64,000 nucleotides of DNA from Eledone cirrhosa (taxonomy: Eukaryota): assembly GCA_964016885.1 (NCBI GenBank), contig OZ024740.1, forward strand, positions 120,466,001 through 120,530,000, in the 5' to 3' direction. Below are positions 48,936 through 61,792 of this stretch, in pieces; within the stretch, counting starts at the first letter, position 1, and each line of letters opens with the position of its first letter. The notes under the pieces are model-generated. The model ran no database searches. It was given only the letters and a program-made list of their open reading frames with translations, and was not told the DNA's origin. A program made the translations under genes and the position numbers.

Positions 48936-49746
48936 CTGAGATCTAAATGTTGACCGGTGCGAAGATGAAGCAGCCGGACAATCCCTGGTATTTGTTTATC
49001 TTCCTTTCCTCTTCATTACAAGCCAAACATGTGACTAAGGATTATAAATCCACTTCTTATATATTCTTATATATAGTAGCAACATTCTAATTATAAAGAA
49101 ATGCAACTTTTTGAACTGATCATGGACAAATATAATTTTGCCTGTACTACTGATCAAACTGAATATGAATCATCATTTGTGTTTAATATTTCCATTAAGG
49201 GAGAGGGGGAGGGAGAAAGAGATTATGGCTTAAAGTGTTAAATCGTCAATCAAATATAAGAGTTTCAATTGAAAAATTGATTTTATGCTTAACCATATAC
49301 TTGAAATATTTGGAACCTTTAAACTAATGTACTTGGATCCTGTAAAAACTATTAACTCAAGCTGCTTATATTTCAAACTGGAATATCATTGCCAAAATGG
49401 TAAGAAAGTCACATCACATAAAATGACAGAATGAAGCAATTATTCTTCATTATATCAAACATCTATGTTAATAGCAGTATATTTAACATACAACACATCG
49501 GCAAATAATTGTTTAAAATCAATACTTTCAGCTGTAAGTGATTTCATTTAGTGAAATGTGAGTCTTAGAATATTTTATAATGTTATAGATTGAACAATAA
49601 TTATAGATTGAAAATAGTAATCAAACGATATACTGAAAATATGGTTTCAATTTCAGGCTTAATATAAATACCTACTCTTTCTGTTACTTAGACAATTCTT
49701 AGCTGAACATTTTTTAATGAAAATGATACCAGAGTAATATTCTTAC

Positions 49747-49776
49747 CTTTAAAGCTAGCAGACGCCTCATATTCAC
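49747..49776 (-). other. Candidate 30-nt micro-exon
   Basis: Minus: ttcctttgtatattttcag|GTGAATATGAGGCGTCTGCTAGCTTTAAAG|gtaaga; open in two frames. Confidence 0.4.
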
Positions 49777-50934
49777 CTGAAAATATACAAAGGAATATGT
49801 ATAAAATATGTATCTAAATGGTATAATTTGTATAAAACAGTTTGGAATATGTGGTTAAGGGTGTTTTGCAAAAGCCTGTAAAATGCAAGTTAGACTGGAT
49901 GAATAAAACAACACAAAACAAGAAGATAGATTGTGAAGGTGGTAACAAGCAGAGTGCTAACATTCATTATTATCATCAAGCTCCATTTCCACTCTTTTAT
50001 AATAGGAAGCCATGATCCTGAAATATGAAATTTTAGGTTAAAGTGAAGACTTTTGTTTTGTTTTATTTGTTTTACTTTACTCTAGTTTTCACTTTTCTAT
50101 TTCTAATTTGCATTATACAAGCTTTCTGAAAACAATCCTAACCATATCATCTGCATTATATTAAGTACTATTCTTGAAATATTTAGCAATATCAAATCAT
50201 CCTTCATTCTGTGACTCTAAGGAGTTTGCATTATCACTCCTGTTCCACTGCTGTATTTTAGTTTTAGATATTTGTCAGTTCTTCATACGAATCCACTCCC
50301 CTATAAATTACACAAATCTTACTGTACAAATATTTGTTTATCTTTGTGATAAACTAGTTATAATTTCTATTCCTACATCCCTCCAATTCTCATTATTTTC
50401 AAAATTATTTGAAAATCTTAGTTTTCGTTCTTGTTAATCTATTATTATAAAAAAAAGGTTCTTACATAACATAATGATGTAAGTGTTTAGATAAACATAA
50501 ACACTTTAAAATAAGTAATTTAGTATCATGGAACCATGGATGGTTTCTGACAGTTTGGTATCAAAATATATATTTTAGCAGAACTTCATAATTTACAATT
50601 CAATTTTCTTAAAAATACAAATCATACTAGTGATCCAAAAACTTTTAATCACCTAATGTACGTTTTATGAATTCAACAATAGAAATAAGAATGTGGTAAT
50701 TGTCATATTACAAAAGCAGGAGCCTGAAAAAATGCTAGAAATATAATAACACAGACTAAATTCACTTAAAAATTTCTCTGTTAATTCTTTGTGTACAATC
50801 TTCCAAGATATTTCAACAAATTGCAGACATTCTACTGCTCTTATATAAATACTCTAAAATATATTCAAATGTTCACTTACCTATAGAAACTAATGCTTCA
50901 TTACTGTTGCTTGATAGTACCCATGTATATATGT

Positions 50935-51288
50935 GCGTAAAGTGGTAAAGTAGGTGTCAAGACAAAAAGCACCCAGCCCACGTTGTAAAGTGGTTGTGTT
51001 GGTGACATGACAAAATATGCCCTGGCCACACTGTAAAGTGGTTGTGTAGGTATCATGACAAAAAGTACCCAGTCCACACTGTAAAGTGGTTGTGAAGGTG
51101 TCACGATAAAAAGCACCCAATATAAACTGTAAATTGGTTAGTGTTAGGAATGGCATCCAGCTGTAGAAACCAAGCCAAAATCAGTTCTGTATGAGCAAGA
51201 CACAGTCTTCTGAACTGGCTGGTTTTACAACAGAACAGCTTGTTTAACACATGATAGTATGGTCGTTAAACGGTGATGATGATAGTGA
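50935..51288 (+). mobile_element. Old RTE 3'UTR remnant with ~45-bp subrepeats
   Basis: Repeated aaaagcacccagcccacactgtaaagtggttgtg units, then gtgttaggaatggcatccagctgtagaaacc and GAT tail. Confidence 0.8.
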
Positions 51289-52507
51289 TATATAACACTT
51301 TTGATAATAGGTTGTAGGAAATGTAAGTTATTGATGTCATAGGTAAAGGAACTAATAGTTCCCATGTGAACAAACAGAAACTTTGCCAAATATTTAGTTT
51401 AAAGACCTAAACTAAATAAAAAAAAACAGGAAGGTAAACAGCTGACTAGAATGCTAGTGTGTATGAAATAAGGACAATCTGTTAAAAAGTATTATTACTA
51501 GCCTTCAATGATGACCTGAAGCTATTAAAAGGATAGCAAGCTTTTATTATCTAGTTTAATAGTATCTAAACAGATGCAGATCAAAGGAAGTATAGTTTTT
51601 TCTCAAGTTCTTTTACAGTATAACAAATATTTTCACAAAGCCAAATCAATTTGTTGCATGGCAGTATATTTCATAATATTCCCTTTCAACATAAATATTG
51701 GTAAACATCTAATTGACCATTCAATTGTTTTCATTAGGAGATTTATTTAAGGGTACTGTTTCAGTTAACTGATTATCATGAAGGGCATCATAATATTTAA
51801 AAAAAAACATACCCCAATTACAATATCATACACTAAACACCCACAAAAAGTGTTCATGTTTCTTAAGTAAATACAGGCAAGAAATATTAAATCAAATCAA
51901 CAAAGCAGATAGCAAATGTTTGAAGAATGGAAATAAAACATCAAGCCAAGGTTGGATACTTCTCTGAAAATATATTATATTTCAAAACCATTTATGTATT
52001 ATTTTTTTTTATTTAGTATATATTTATCAGCTTCATTTACTAATATCAAAAAATTTATTTATCCTTATTATAACAATGGATATAAATATAGAAATCCTTT
52101 TCAACCTTAATGAAGGTATGGCACTCCAGAACATATCTGATCATTTGTGTTATCCAAACATTTTTCAGTTGAAATAAAAACTACTACATTTAGAATAAAG
52201 TTAATGCATAACATTGCATCATGCACTTATGTGTTAAATAAATTCATTTTTACACTATATGTAGTTTTAAGTCTGACTAACTATGTATGTCTTCAATCAA
52301 TAGATTGGCACTAAAATATCATAGAATCGCTGTTTTCTTATTAGAAAGAAAAGCAAAGAACTTGAGTTTAAATAGTTTCACATTATAAATTATGCAATAC
52401 ATTTTATTATACATGGTATTATTACTTATAATCGCAATAAAAAGAAACCTAGAACTTGTGATACAAGATCATTATATAAGCAACTGAAAAGCCAGCATCA
52501 TTTTCCA

Positions 52508-52735
52508 TTTAGATCTGACATTTACAACGTAAAAAGTAAGCTGTCACTATCATCGTTAACAACATTCTATGTCTATTTTTTATTTAGATGCAACATTCAC
52601 TATGTAAAAGATAAGCTGTCACCACCATTTTTATCACCATTCTATGTCTATTTTCTATTTAGATCTGACATCACTATGTAAAAAGGAAGCTGTCACCACC
52701 ATCTTTTTCAGCATTCTATGCCTATTTTCCTTGCT
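52508..52735. repeat. Three tandem copies of a 75-bp unit
   Basis: tttagat at 52508, 52583, 52658; each with aagctgtcac and cattctatg. Confidence 0.85.
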
Positions 52736-53727
52736 TGCATGTGTTATAACTAGGAATTTGAAACTGATAGAAATATTTCAAAATGTTAAATGCATGAAGA
52801 GAGGATCAAGTTCATAGACTGCCACAAAGCCATTCAATTGTATGGAAGGATATTAATGTCATTTATTTGATTCCAGTAAGATGATCTAGTCACTTTGGAG
52901 TGACACTTGAAGCTAAATTCTTTAACACATTTAATAAGTATAGAGCACCTTTACTTTTGAGAATTCACTAACCTCATTTAAACATAATGGCATAGTCAAA
53001 AGCATATATCTCCATGTTGTTTTATATTCTTTAATTTTCATTAACAAGAGAATATTTCCTAAGAAATATATCTAGAACCAATTAAACATTTCCAAGGTAA
53101 CATTTTAACACATTTGTTATAGTTATTTGTCATATTTAATATCATATTTGCATTGATGCAGTCTTTAACCAAACAGTTTTCTACACATCCCGTGGCATTT
53201 CAAAAAAAGTACATTAGTCTCCTACATTAAAGTACTCAAGATAGATACATTTTGTCATTAATCCAAACTTATAATATTGTCTAATATTTTGCCTGACATA
53301 TGCGATTTTGGAATCTTTCACAAATCATTTGGTGAATATATTTACATTATTTTGATTGGTTGGTGGTGATATATAATATATTGAAATGGGAGTCCTATAA
53401 TTTCACACCACACAAAAATTGGAAATGATATGTCGAAACATTCATGAAATGAATATAACTATACTTTCCTAGTAACAATTCAAATTTCACTGCTGAAATT
53501 GGAAAAAAGTCTGTATTCCCCATATTGGTATTTCGAGCAGGTCGTTGGTTGGATTTATAAAGTATGAGTCAGGAAATGTGGATGATGTCTTCGATCTAGT
53601 TTAGACATTTAGTTTATAATTGGTTTTGTTTTAACAAATGTATTATTTACGAGTTTGTGATTCGATCGTTTTATCCACTGGGCTTTTTGTTTATCATTGG
53701 CTTTGTTTTCAGAGTGTATTATTTATG

Positions 53728-53910
53728 ATTGGCAGTATCGGTAGAGGGTCGGACGCCATGCTTTCCAGCAGAGTTACGTCCCTTTACGATCTGAGTTCAA
53801 ATCCCGCTGAGGTTAACTTTGCCTTTCATCCTTACGGGGTCGATAAAATAAAGTACCAGTAATGCACTGGGTAATTGCTGGCCTTGTGCCTAAAGTAGAA
53901 ACAATTATTT
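53728..53910 (+). mobile_element. tRNA-derived SINE
   Basis: TGGCAGTATCGGTAGAG A-box-like, GAGTTCAAATCCC B-box, body shared with 8470-8592. Confidence 0.85.
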
Positions 53911-55386
53911 ATGTACAGGGACATTCAATAAGTCATTTGTGTTTGTTCTATGTGTATCTACGTTCATATGTATGTGTTTGAAGGTCATATTTGCTTATTT
54001 ATATATATATATGTAGTAGGTATATATAGTTATGAGATTAAGTAATTTGCTTTAGAACTACATGGTTCCTGGTTTAATCCAATTGTGTAGTAGATTGGGA
54101 AGGCATGTTCTGATGTAGCCTTGTGTTGCCCAAATATACTGCTGAGGTCAACATCGTCTTTCATGCTTCCAGGAGCAATAAATGTATCAAATCTGGGGTG
54201 GTGGTTTGGTAGAATAGTTAAGTCAAATGGAATGGTTTACAATATCTGTTCTTGAACTGTGCAATCTGATTTCAAATCTACCCTTTTGTCACTAGAAAAA
54301 TGGAAACATTTCTGCCAGGTGTTGCAAACAACAGATATTATCAGCAATGGAAACAACAATAGAAACATTGTTTCACAGGTGTCATTTAACAATTGACTCT
54401 TTTTATTTCTATTTTTCAGTGGAGGAGGGGGCTGAAAGTGGTGGTTCCCTACCCACTTTAAACAATTGTTTCTGAGCTCTGTCTTATCTTATAAGACTAT
54501 GTATAAAAACAACCATTATAGACATAATTAAAACGTTTACATATATTTTTGATTATATATTTCCTTTGATATGCTATGGCATATTCCTTCCTAGAAGGCT
54601 TTCCCATATGTGTTCCAGCTCTAAGCATTCTAAGTTCAAAAACCATTTGCTGCCATCAGAAGCACAGTGACACATTTGCACAGATAGTATCAGCAATGGA
54701 AAGAACAATGGAAACATAGTGCTCACTTCATAAGCTCCTTTCCTTTTTTTGGCTCAAAGTATTAACTCAAATCTGACGAAAAAGCAATTGTTTTTCTGCT
54801 CATTATCATATAAAACTAACTATAAAGACAACTATTCAATACACAATTAAAACAAAAATTACATATATTTACTGACTATATATTTTACTTCAATATGTTA
54901 TTTCTTATTCCTTTTTGAAAAGAGATATGACAAATATATTTTATTTATATATGCTTTTTTTTTTTAACACATCCCAAATATATTTCTAAAAAACATCAAA
55001 ATAAATATGAAATTTAAAGTTCTGAATGACTGACTTAACAACAGGGATACATGAATATATAGAGAAAGAGAAAGTGAGAGAGAAGTGAAGAAGAGAGAGA
55101 AAGAGCAAACATTACTTTTCTCCAATGAACATTCAGCTGAAAGTAATCAATTATGAATAAGTTTTATTGATTTTCAAGTCATTTTCCTTCCATTGTCAAG
55201 ATAAATTCAAATCACTGTTCTGTTGAGCATCTACATACACAGTTGTAGAGGTAACTGGCACTTTATATATTAGGTTTTAATTCCACATGCTCAAATCTAC
55301 TGTTGAATAGAAATAATGAAAGAAAATACATCCCGCTAACATGTATGTGTGTGTGTGTATATATATAAACCTCTCTTCCCACCCAA

Positions 55387-55445
<59 letters not shown>

Positions 55446-55636
55446 CATACATGTGTGTGTTTGTGCATACATGTGTGTATTGAAACATTTCAATTTCAGT
55501 AATATCCAAAAGCAATTATCTTTAAGCAGACTTTTTCATCAGTTTCCATCACTTGCAGAGAAGCTACAAAGTTGTTTCAGTTTCATTGATATCCTAATAA
55601 TGTGTGTGTGTGTGTGTCTGTGTGCGCGTGCGTGTA

Positions 55637-55686
<50 letters not shown>

Positions 55687-55819
55687 AGACAGATATCCTA
55701 AACCAATCAATGCAGTTGCCTTAAATAATACTACTTACGGAGGTTTTGTTGTTCTGCTTATACGTAAGGCATCTGTTATTTTAGCTCAAGTATGAAACCT
55801 ATCTCTACACTACATTTTA

Positions 55820-55851
<32 letters not shown>

Positions 55852-57330
55852 AACAGATACATGGGCGTATCTATGCATGCAAATAACTAAATAACTGAGT
55901 GAGTGACTAGCACATAAATCATTATTTAAAATTGTCTTTTTTCTTCTTTTTCAGTGCTCATACGATATTTTAGTAAAGAAATCTTCTCTGAGGATAATCA
56001 CAACCGCAATGAAAAAAATAATGGAAAAAAAATTTTAGTACGAATCTGTACAGACAGAAGTAATAATTGAAACAAAAAATATGAAAGAGACGAATGTTAT
56101 TTTGATGGAATGATTGAAATGCAAACAATGATACTAACTGTTAAATAACATCTCTGGGATGTTTCTCCTTCCACGTGAATCAAATACAAAATACTCTTCT
56201 TAACAACAGACAATGCAGGCCATACTATTGGAGTTTAAAAATGAAATCAACAAAATACGATCTACTCTTTTTAATCCTCTTGCTGATTTGTAACATTTTA
56301 GTAAAAAGTACCATTTCATTACTATATTTCCAATGGAAAAATATTATTTCAATAAATTTTGGCAATATGAGATTTAAAAGAATTTACTAAAATATCTCAC
56401 TTTCCAAGATTATTATTGAGGTTTGGAAATTACTTAACGAAAGGTTTGCATAACATTCTGATGGAAGGTTTTAATGTGAGGAAGAACATTTTAAATCGTG
56501 TATTTATGTATCCCAGAATCATAGGTAATTCCAGGTGGGTTGATGTGAACTCTTTAAAACTGACAGTTTTGTAACAGAATTAGAATGGTTTTAGGTGGGT
56601 TAAAATCTGTTATGGTCACCTGAAATCAGCCTTAATTTTAAGATATAAACATGCTTGTTTTTAACTGTTTATGTCAAATTAAAAATCTTCCAAAATAATT
56701 TTTTATAAGAATCTTTTTTATATTACAGCTTAATAATGACATGTTAGTTATTTTTCTGAATTACTCCAAATTCTTCATTATTTCAGACATGTGGGCTATG
56801 TATTTCATTAGAAATAAGGTAACAAAAGGGTTGATGTTCCTGTACTACTAGTACTACTGCTACTACTCAGTTAAAAAAGATTATGTAAGAGAATGCTTCT
56901 AAAATATTAGCATCTATTTAAAATGACAGTCTTAACAGGATGTGTTAACTTATTTGTCTGGAGATTAGGTTTGAGACTGGGATAAAATTTATCATTTAAT
57001 CAGAATATTGTTTTTGCTTTTTAGTAAATTCAAAATAATTGTAATTACAATAAGGAAGTTTTTGGTACATCTTGATAAAGGATAAAGCATGGTTATGCTT
57101 GAAAATAACCTACAGAATATTAATTATTTCCTAAGGTTTCTGATATGTGAATCGCCTGTCAAACCTACTCAGCTAAAGATTCCATTCAGCCATCATCTCT
57201 TGGATCAGTAGCTTTGGAACAGGTCACTCATCCTTAGACTGTGCTAATAGAACTTATTTTTTTCACCTACATACTATAAACCACGATATAATCCCAGACA
57301 ATTTCTCATATATAGTAATGACTTACTTAC

Positions 57331-57407
57331 CGGTACCTCAAACAATGCCTGACCGTATTTAGTCCGAGAACCTTAATATGCTTTTCTAATAATTGTGGAA
57401 TCCATAC
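57331..57407 (-). other. Candidate 77-nt coding exon (VWIPQLLEKHIKVLGLNTVRHCLRYR)
   Basis: Strong gtaagt donor, weak tag acceptor, one open frame. Confidence 0.3.
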
Positions 57408-59182
57408 CTAGATTTTACAGACAATTCTAACCACCTCAATTTCAATAAGACATTAAATAAAACAAAAATTATTTTAGAGAGAGATTGTATTTATATGTAA
57501 AAGAAAGAATAATTTTTGTATTAAATTCTATTAAAGGGCGTCTTATTTCAGAGAATCCTAGAATACTTTCATGGAATCCTCTTTGTGAAATGCTGATTGA
57601 AAATTGTATTTAAATATTCTAGTTCGTAGCTCATTACAGTATATTTACTAAAACCAGACAAATGCTAACCAAATATGATAATACCTTGCCATTTAACATT
57701 TCCAGAGTTAGAATTAATTAAACATCTCAATAACCAATTTATTTACAGCTTTAAAGTGTTACATAAACCTAATAACAGAAGTAATGAAATTGCAATTTCA
57801 CTATGACGTATTTGTGTACAAACTAGATGCAACATCATTGAATGGATAAGAGTTTTGTTTTACACTCATGAAGTACCAGGTTTGATTCCAACCTCACAGA
57901 CAATTGTCATTTATCATTGTCTTAGGTTGACCCAAGCATTATTAGGACAACATAATTGAGCTTAGACATTTGGAAGCTCTTTGAATGGAATACACTTATA
58001 TATCAAAGTGTCAGTATTGTCACACATTGCATCACACAGATTCTCCCTGAGATTTCTGTTAAGGATACATGCTTCTGTAGAATACTCAGCCATTTACACA
58101 ATTTAAGAAGTAAGCTTATCTGTTGGCTGACGAACATGAGCATACATTGTTGAAGAAATGTGGTCAATTTATCATTACTAAATAGATAACATAGTACAAG
58201 ATGAGATTCATTCAAATAGAAGCCAATGAAGGAGACTCTAGACAATAAGTTGATATACTAGAATTAGTAACCAAATTTCCCTTAACTCATGAGAACAACG
58301 ATATATAAATATGAGTGTTCATTTTTCTCTTTCTCTTGTTGCATATATTTATGAACAGATTTATACCACATCAGTTCAAAACATGAAATGCTGAATGTAT
58401 AATGAAGGTAGAGAGGAGAGAAAAAGAAACTTAGTTAAAGTGTCCTGGTTGTAATATTTTTTAATGGTTCAGATAACATAACACAATATTATAACAGTCA
58501 GAATAGTACATAAAAATATATAACAGAATATCTCAGTTAAATTTCAAATCTAGAATGAATAATCCTGAAGCAAAGCTATAGGTATGTATAATAAATGAAT
58601 CTATGTTGAAAAGAAGAAAATGTGTTGAAGATATTTATAAAGATATGTCAAAAAATAACTTTGGTTTTAGAAACATAATAAAAGCAGTCATGAACAAAAT
58701 CAATCAATAGTTCTGGAGGACAAAGTCGAAGTGTGAAATAACTGATCATTATTATCTTTCAAATGGTTAATGTTTTTATGCACGCTTATCTATAGGTCAC
58801 AGAGGTCTGATGATGTCTCTCTCTTGTTCGTCTTGACCATCACAATCATTTTTCTGTGTTAGTATCACCAATTCCATGCCAAGTAAACTCTTTAACACCT
58901 CTTTAAAATATATCATCTAATTTCTAACACATACAGATCTTACCCTCATAATTTCTCATGACATATCTTTCGTCCTTATTTGAAAAGCAATCAATATTCA
59001 TTGTATTGTTTCATTTCTAGATCATTTATTCTTTTATGTTTTTCAGTAATTTGGCTGTGTCTATGCTGGAGCATTGCTTTGAAGCATTTGTAGGTAATTA
59101 TATTGATTCCAGTATGTATGTTACAAGTCATTTTATTGATTTCTGTATGCTGAACAGCTAAGGTTTGTGGCATAAACAAACA

Positions 59183-59225
<43 letters not shown>

Positions 59226-59227
<2 letters not shown>

Positions 59228-59413
59228 GAAGGAAATGTGGTAAGGAAGCAGGTGGACCATAACGCACCAAAGTACTCAATACTTAGGGTAGTAGAGTGGG
59301 TAATAGGAACAAGTAAGACCCCGACGGCTGAGCTCAAGCCGTTTCGACGGCTAATTCAGTCCAGAATTAGCCGTCGAAACGGCTTGAGCTCAGCCGTTGG
59401 GGTCTTACTTGTT

Positions 59414-59418
<5 letters not shown>
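59226..59418 (-). mobile_element. Fold-back element containing the 3' half of a hammerhead
   Basis: Inverted repeat 59303-59357/59364-59418 (1 mismatch) plus unique tail; GAAA CGGCT-TGAGCTC-AGCCG TC^GGGG; (TA)n flanks. Confidence 0.7.
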
Positions 59419-59444
<26 letters not shown>

Positions 59445-59450
<6 letters not shown>

Positions 59451-59630
59451 CTTTGACAGGGCTAGAATCGTTTCATTTGTATGAAATCATCATGATTTAA
59501 TAGAAATGAAACATTTCTTGTCCTGTCGAAGCCATTTCTATATTAGATAATGATATTTACACTTGACTAATGTATTGATTACCTTTTTTAACTGAAGTTA
59601 TACCTACCCTCTATTTTATGGGAATGTACA
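59445..59630. repeat. Degenerate fold-back element between TA tracts
   Basis: aaatagctttgacagggctagaatcgtttcattt / aaatgaaacatttcttgtcctgtcgaagccattt. Confidence 0.55.
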
Positions 59631-61439
59631 TATTTATATATATATATATGTATATATTTATATAAGTATTTTCAAACTATTGACCTGACCCTAATGCATG
59701 CAACATCACTCTGTTACACTCACCGAAAGGCTAGGTTATGGTGTTAAACAAGACAAAGGATTAAGGCTAGCAACCAAATAGGTTACAGTGTGATTTGAAC
59801 TCAGAATGCAAAGAACTGCAGAAATACAGCAAGTCATCAAACATTCTAACAATGTCACCAATCAACTACCCTTGACGGATGCTTTATTGTTTCAACCCTG
59901 ATTGGACAAAGGGCAAAGTGGGCTTTGGCAGAATTTGAACCTAGAGTACAATGCAGTTTATAAAATGCTCTAACCTCTCTGACTATTTGCTGACTTTCTT
60001 GTCGAATAATAAATTCTTATTCCAGTTATTTCTCTTCTAATATCAGAGTGTAAATGAAAATACTATTTTTGTTGAAGATATCATTTAGACTTCATATTTA
60101 ATATCAAAGTGTAAATGAATATATTATGTGATATTGGTAGAAGATATTATTAAGGGGAAAATAATCCTTACTAAATCTTAGCCAAGAGCATGTGTTTCTT
60201 ACATTTTTAGAAATAAAAATAACAGTAATGTTTAATGAATTAAATACATTTACGAGTACATTTAATGCGGTTTCTAGGTGAGATTGAAATAAAGCAAGAC
60301 TAAGTGAATCAAAAACATCTATGTAATTATCCCCATAATAACTCGAGCACTATGTAATGTGAAACTTAGTAATGATTAATTAGAAATAGTATGTATTATT
60401 CAGATGACCTAGAATATACTGAAGATAAAACTGTAGATAATATATTTAGAGAGCAGAACAAATGAAAGAAATTCAGTACCTCCTCTTTCTGCTGATGCTG
60501 AAATGTTTCTCTCTTCCAACTAAAATTTAAATCCATGATGTATATAACTAAATATGATATTGTAGGCTAATGAAACCTGACTAGTGAAAGAATAATATTC
60601 ACAGAGGCTGGAGAAAATGCATTGAAAGAAGTTTGCTGAAAATATAATATGAATTTTAAGAACACTAAATTGAATAAGACAGTTAAAAGAAACAACTTCA
60701 GAGAGAGACAACAGAATTATTGTACATATGAATAAGAGTTATTGTTTTATGTTCATTTCTCCATGCTTGAATGAGTTGGTTGAAGCCTGGAACTCATCAC
60801 ATTTTCATGAGCATTAAGAGACTGGGAAAACAAAACAAGATGCCAGTTCACCACAGGGTTAACTCCTAACTTTTCCCACTAGTACTCATTTTCAACTAAG
60901 TGAACTGGAGTAATTTGAGAAAGTGCCTTGCTCAAAGACATAATACATTATACAATCTAAAAAATCAAATCCATGACTTTATGATCATGAGCCCAGGATC
61001 TTAATCCCTAGGCCATGTGCCTCCCCTACTGTAAGTATGTTGTTCTAATGCTTACAGTCCTCTCATTTAACTGGATTAGGCAGAAAGCATTTACATTGTC
61101 TTTTTAGAGACAAAACACTCCAATCCTATCTGGTTTATATTTTTGTGGTTTGTTAGTTAAAAGAAAATTAAATATCTTATTATTATACTGCACCCTGTAT
61201 GATTGTTATGAAGCCTACATGATATTTGGTTATTGAATATAGATTTTGAAAGGCTTACTATGTTTGCTGGCATTTTCTGACATACAGAAGCACACCAAAA
61301 CTATTAAAACTGAATCATAACCCTTCAAATACACACACACTGACATATTACAGTATACACGCAGGCATACATGCATTCACACATATATATATATATATAT
61401 ATATACACAAATACAACTGGTGAAAGATAACTCAGCCTA

Positions 61440-61792
61440 ACCTGTACGGCTGTTGTGTTGGTGACATGTTAAAAAGCACCCAGTCCACTCTGTACAGTGA
61501 ACATGTTGGTGACAACAAAAACACGCAGTACACCATGTAAATTGGTCATGTTGGTGAAACAACAAAAAGCACCCAGTCCAACCTGTCAGTTGGTTGTTTT
61601 GGTGCTATGATTAAAATCATCCAGTTCATGCTGTAAATGTGATTGGCATTAGGAAGGACATTCAGCTGTATAAACCAATCCAGAAATAGTTCTCTATGAG
61701 CAAGACATGATCATATGATCTGACTTGCCTCACAACAGGACAACTCATTTAATCCATGCTAAAATTGACGTTAAACAGTGAAGGTGATGATA
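61440..61792 (+). mobile_element. Old RTE 3'UTR remnant with subrepeats
   Basis: aaaaagcacccagtcca units, ggcattaggaaggacattcagctgta, decayed GAT tail. Confidence 0.75.

Noticed and set aside
50935-51130. CRISPR-like regularly spaced repeats (also 4896-5232, 52508-52735, 61440-61640)
   Set aside because: Degenerate tandem units with no unique spacers, eukaryotic context, no cas genes; RTE 3'UTR subrepeats or minisatellites
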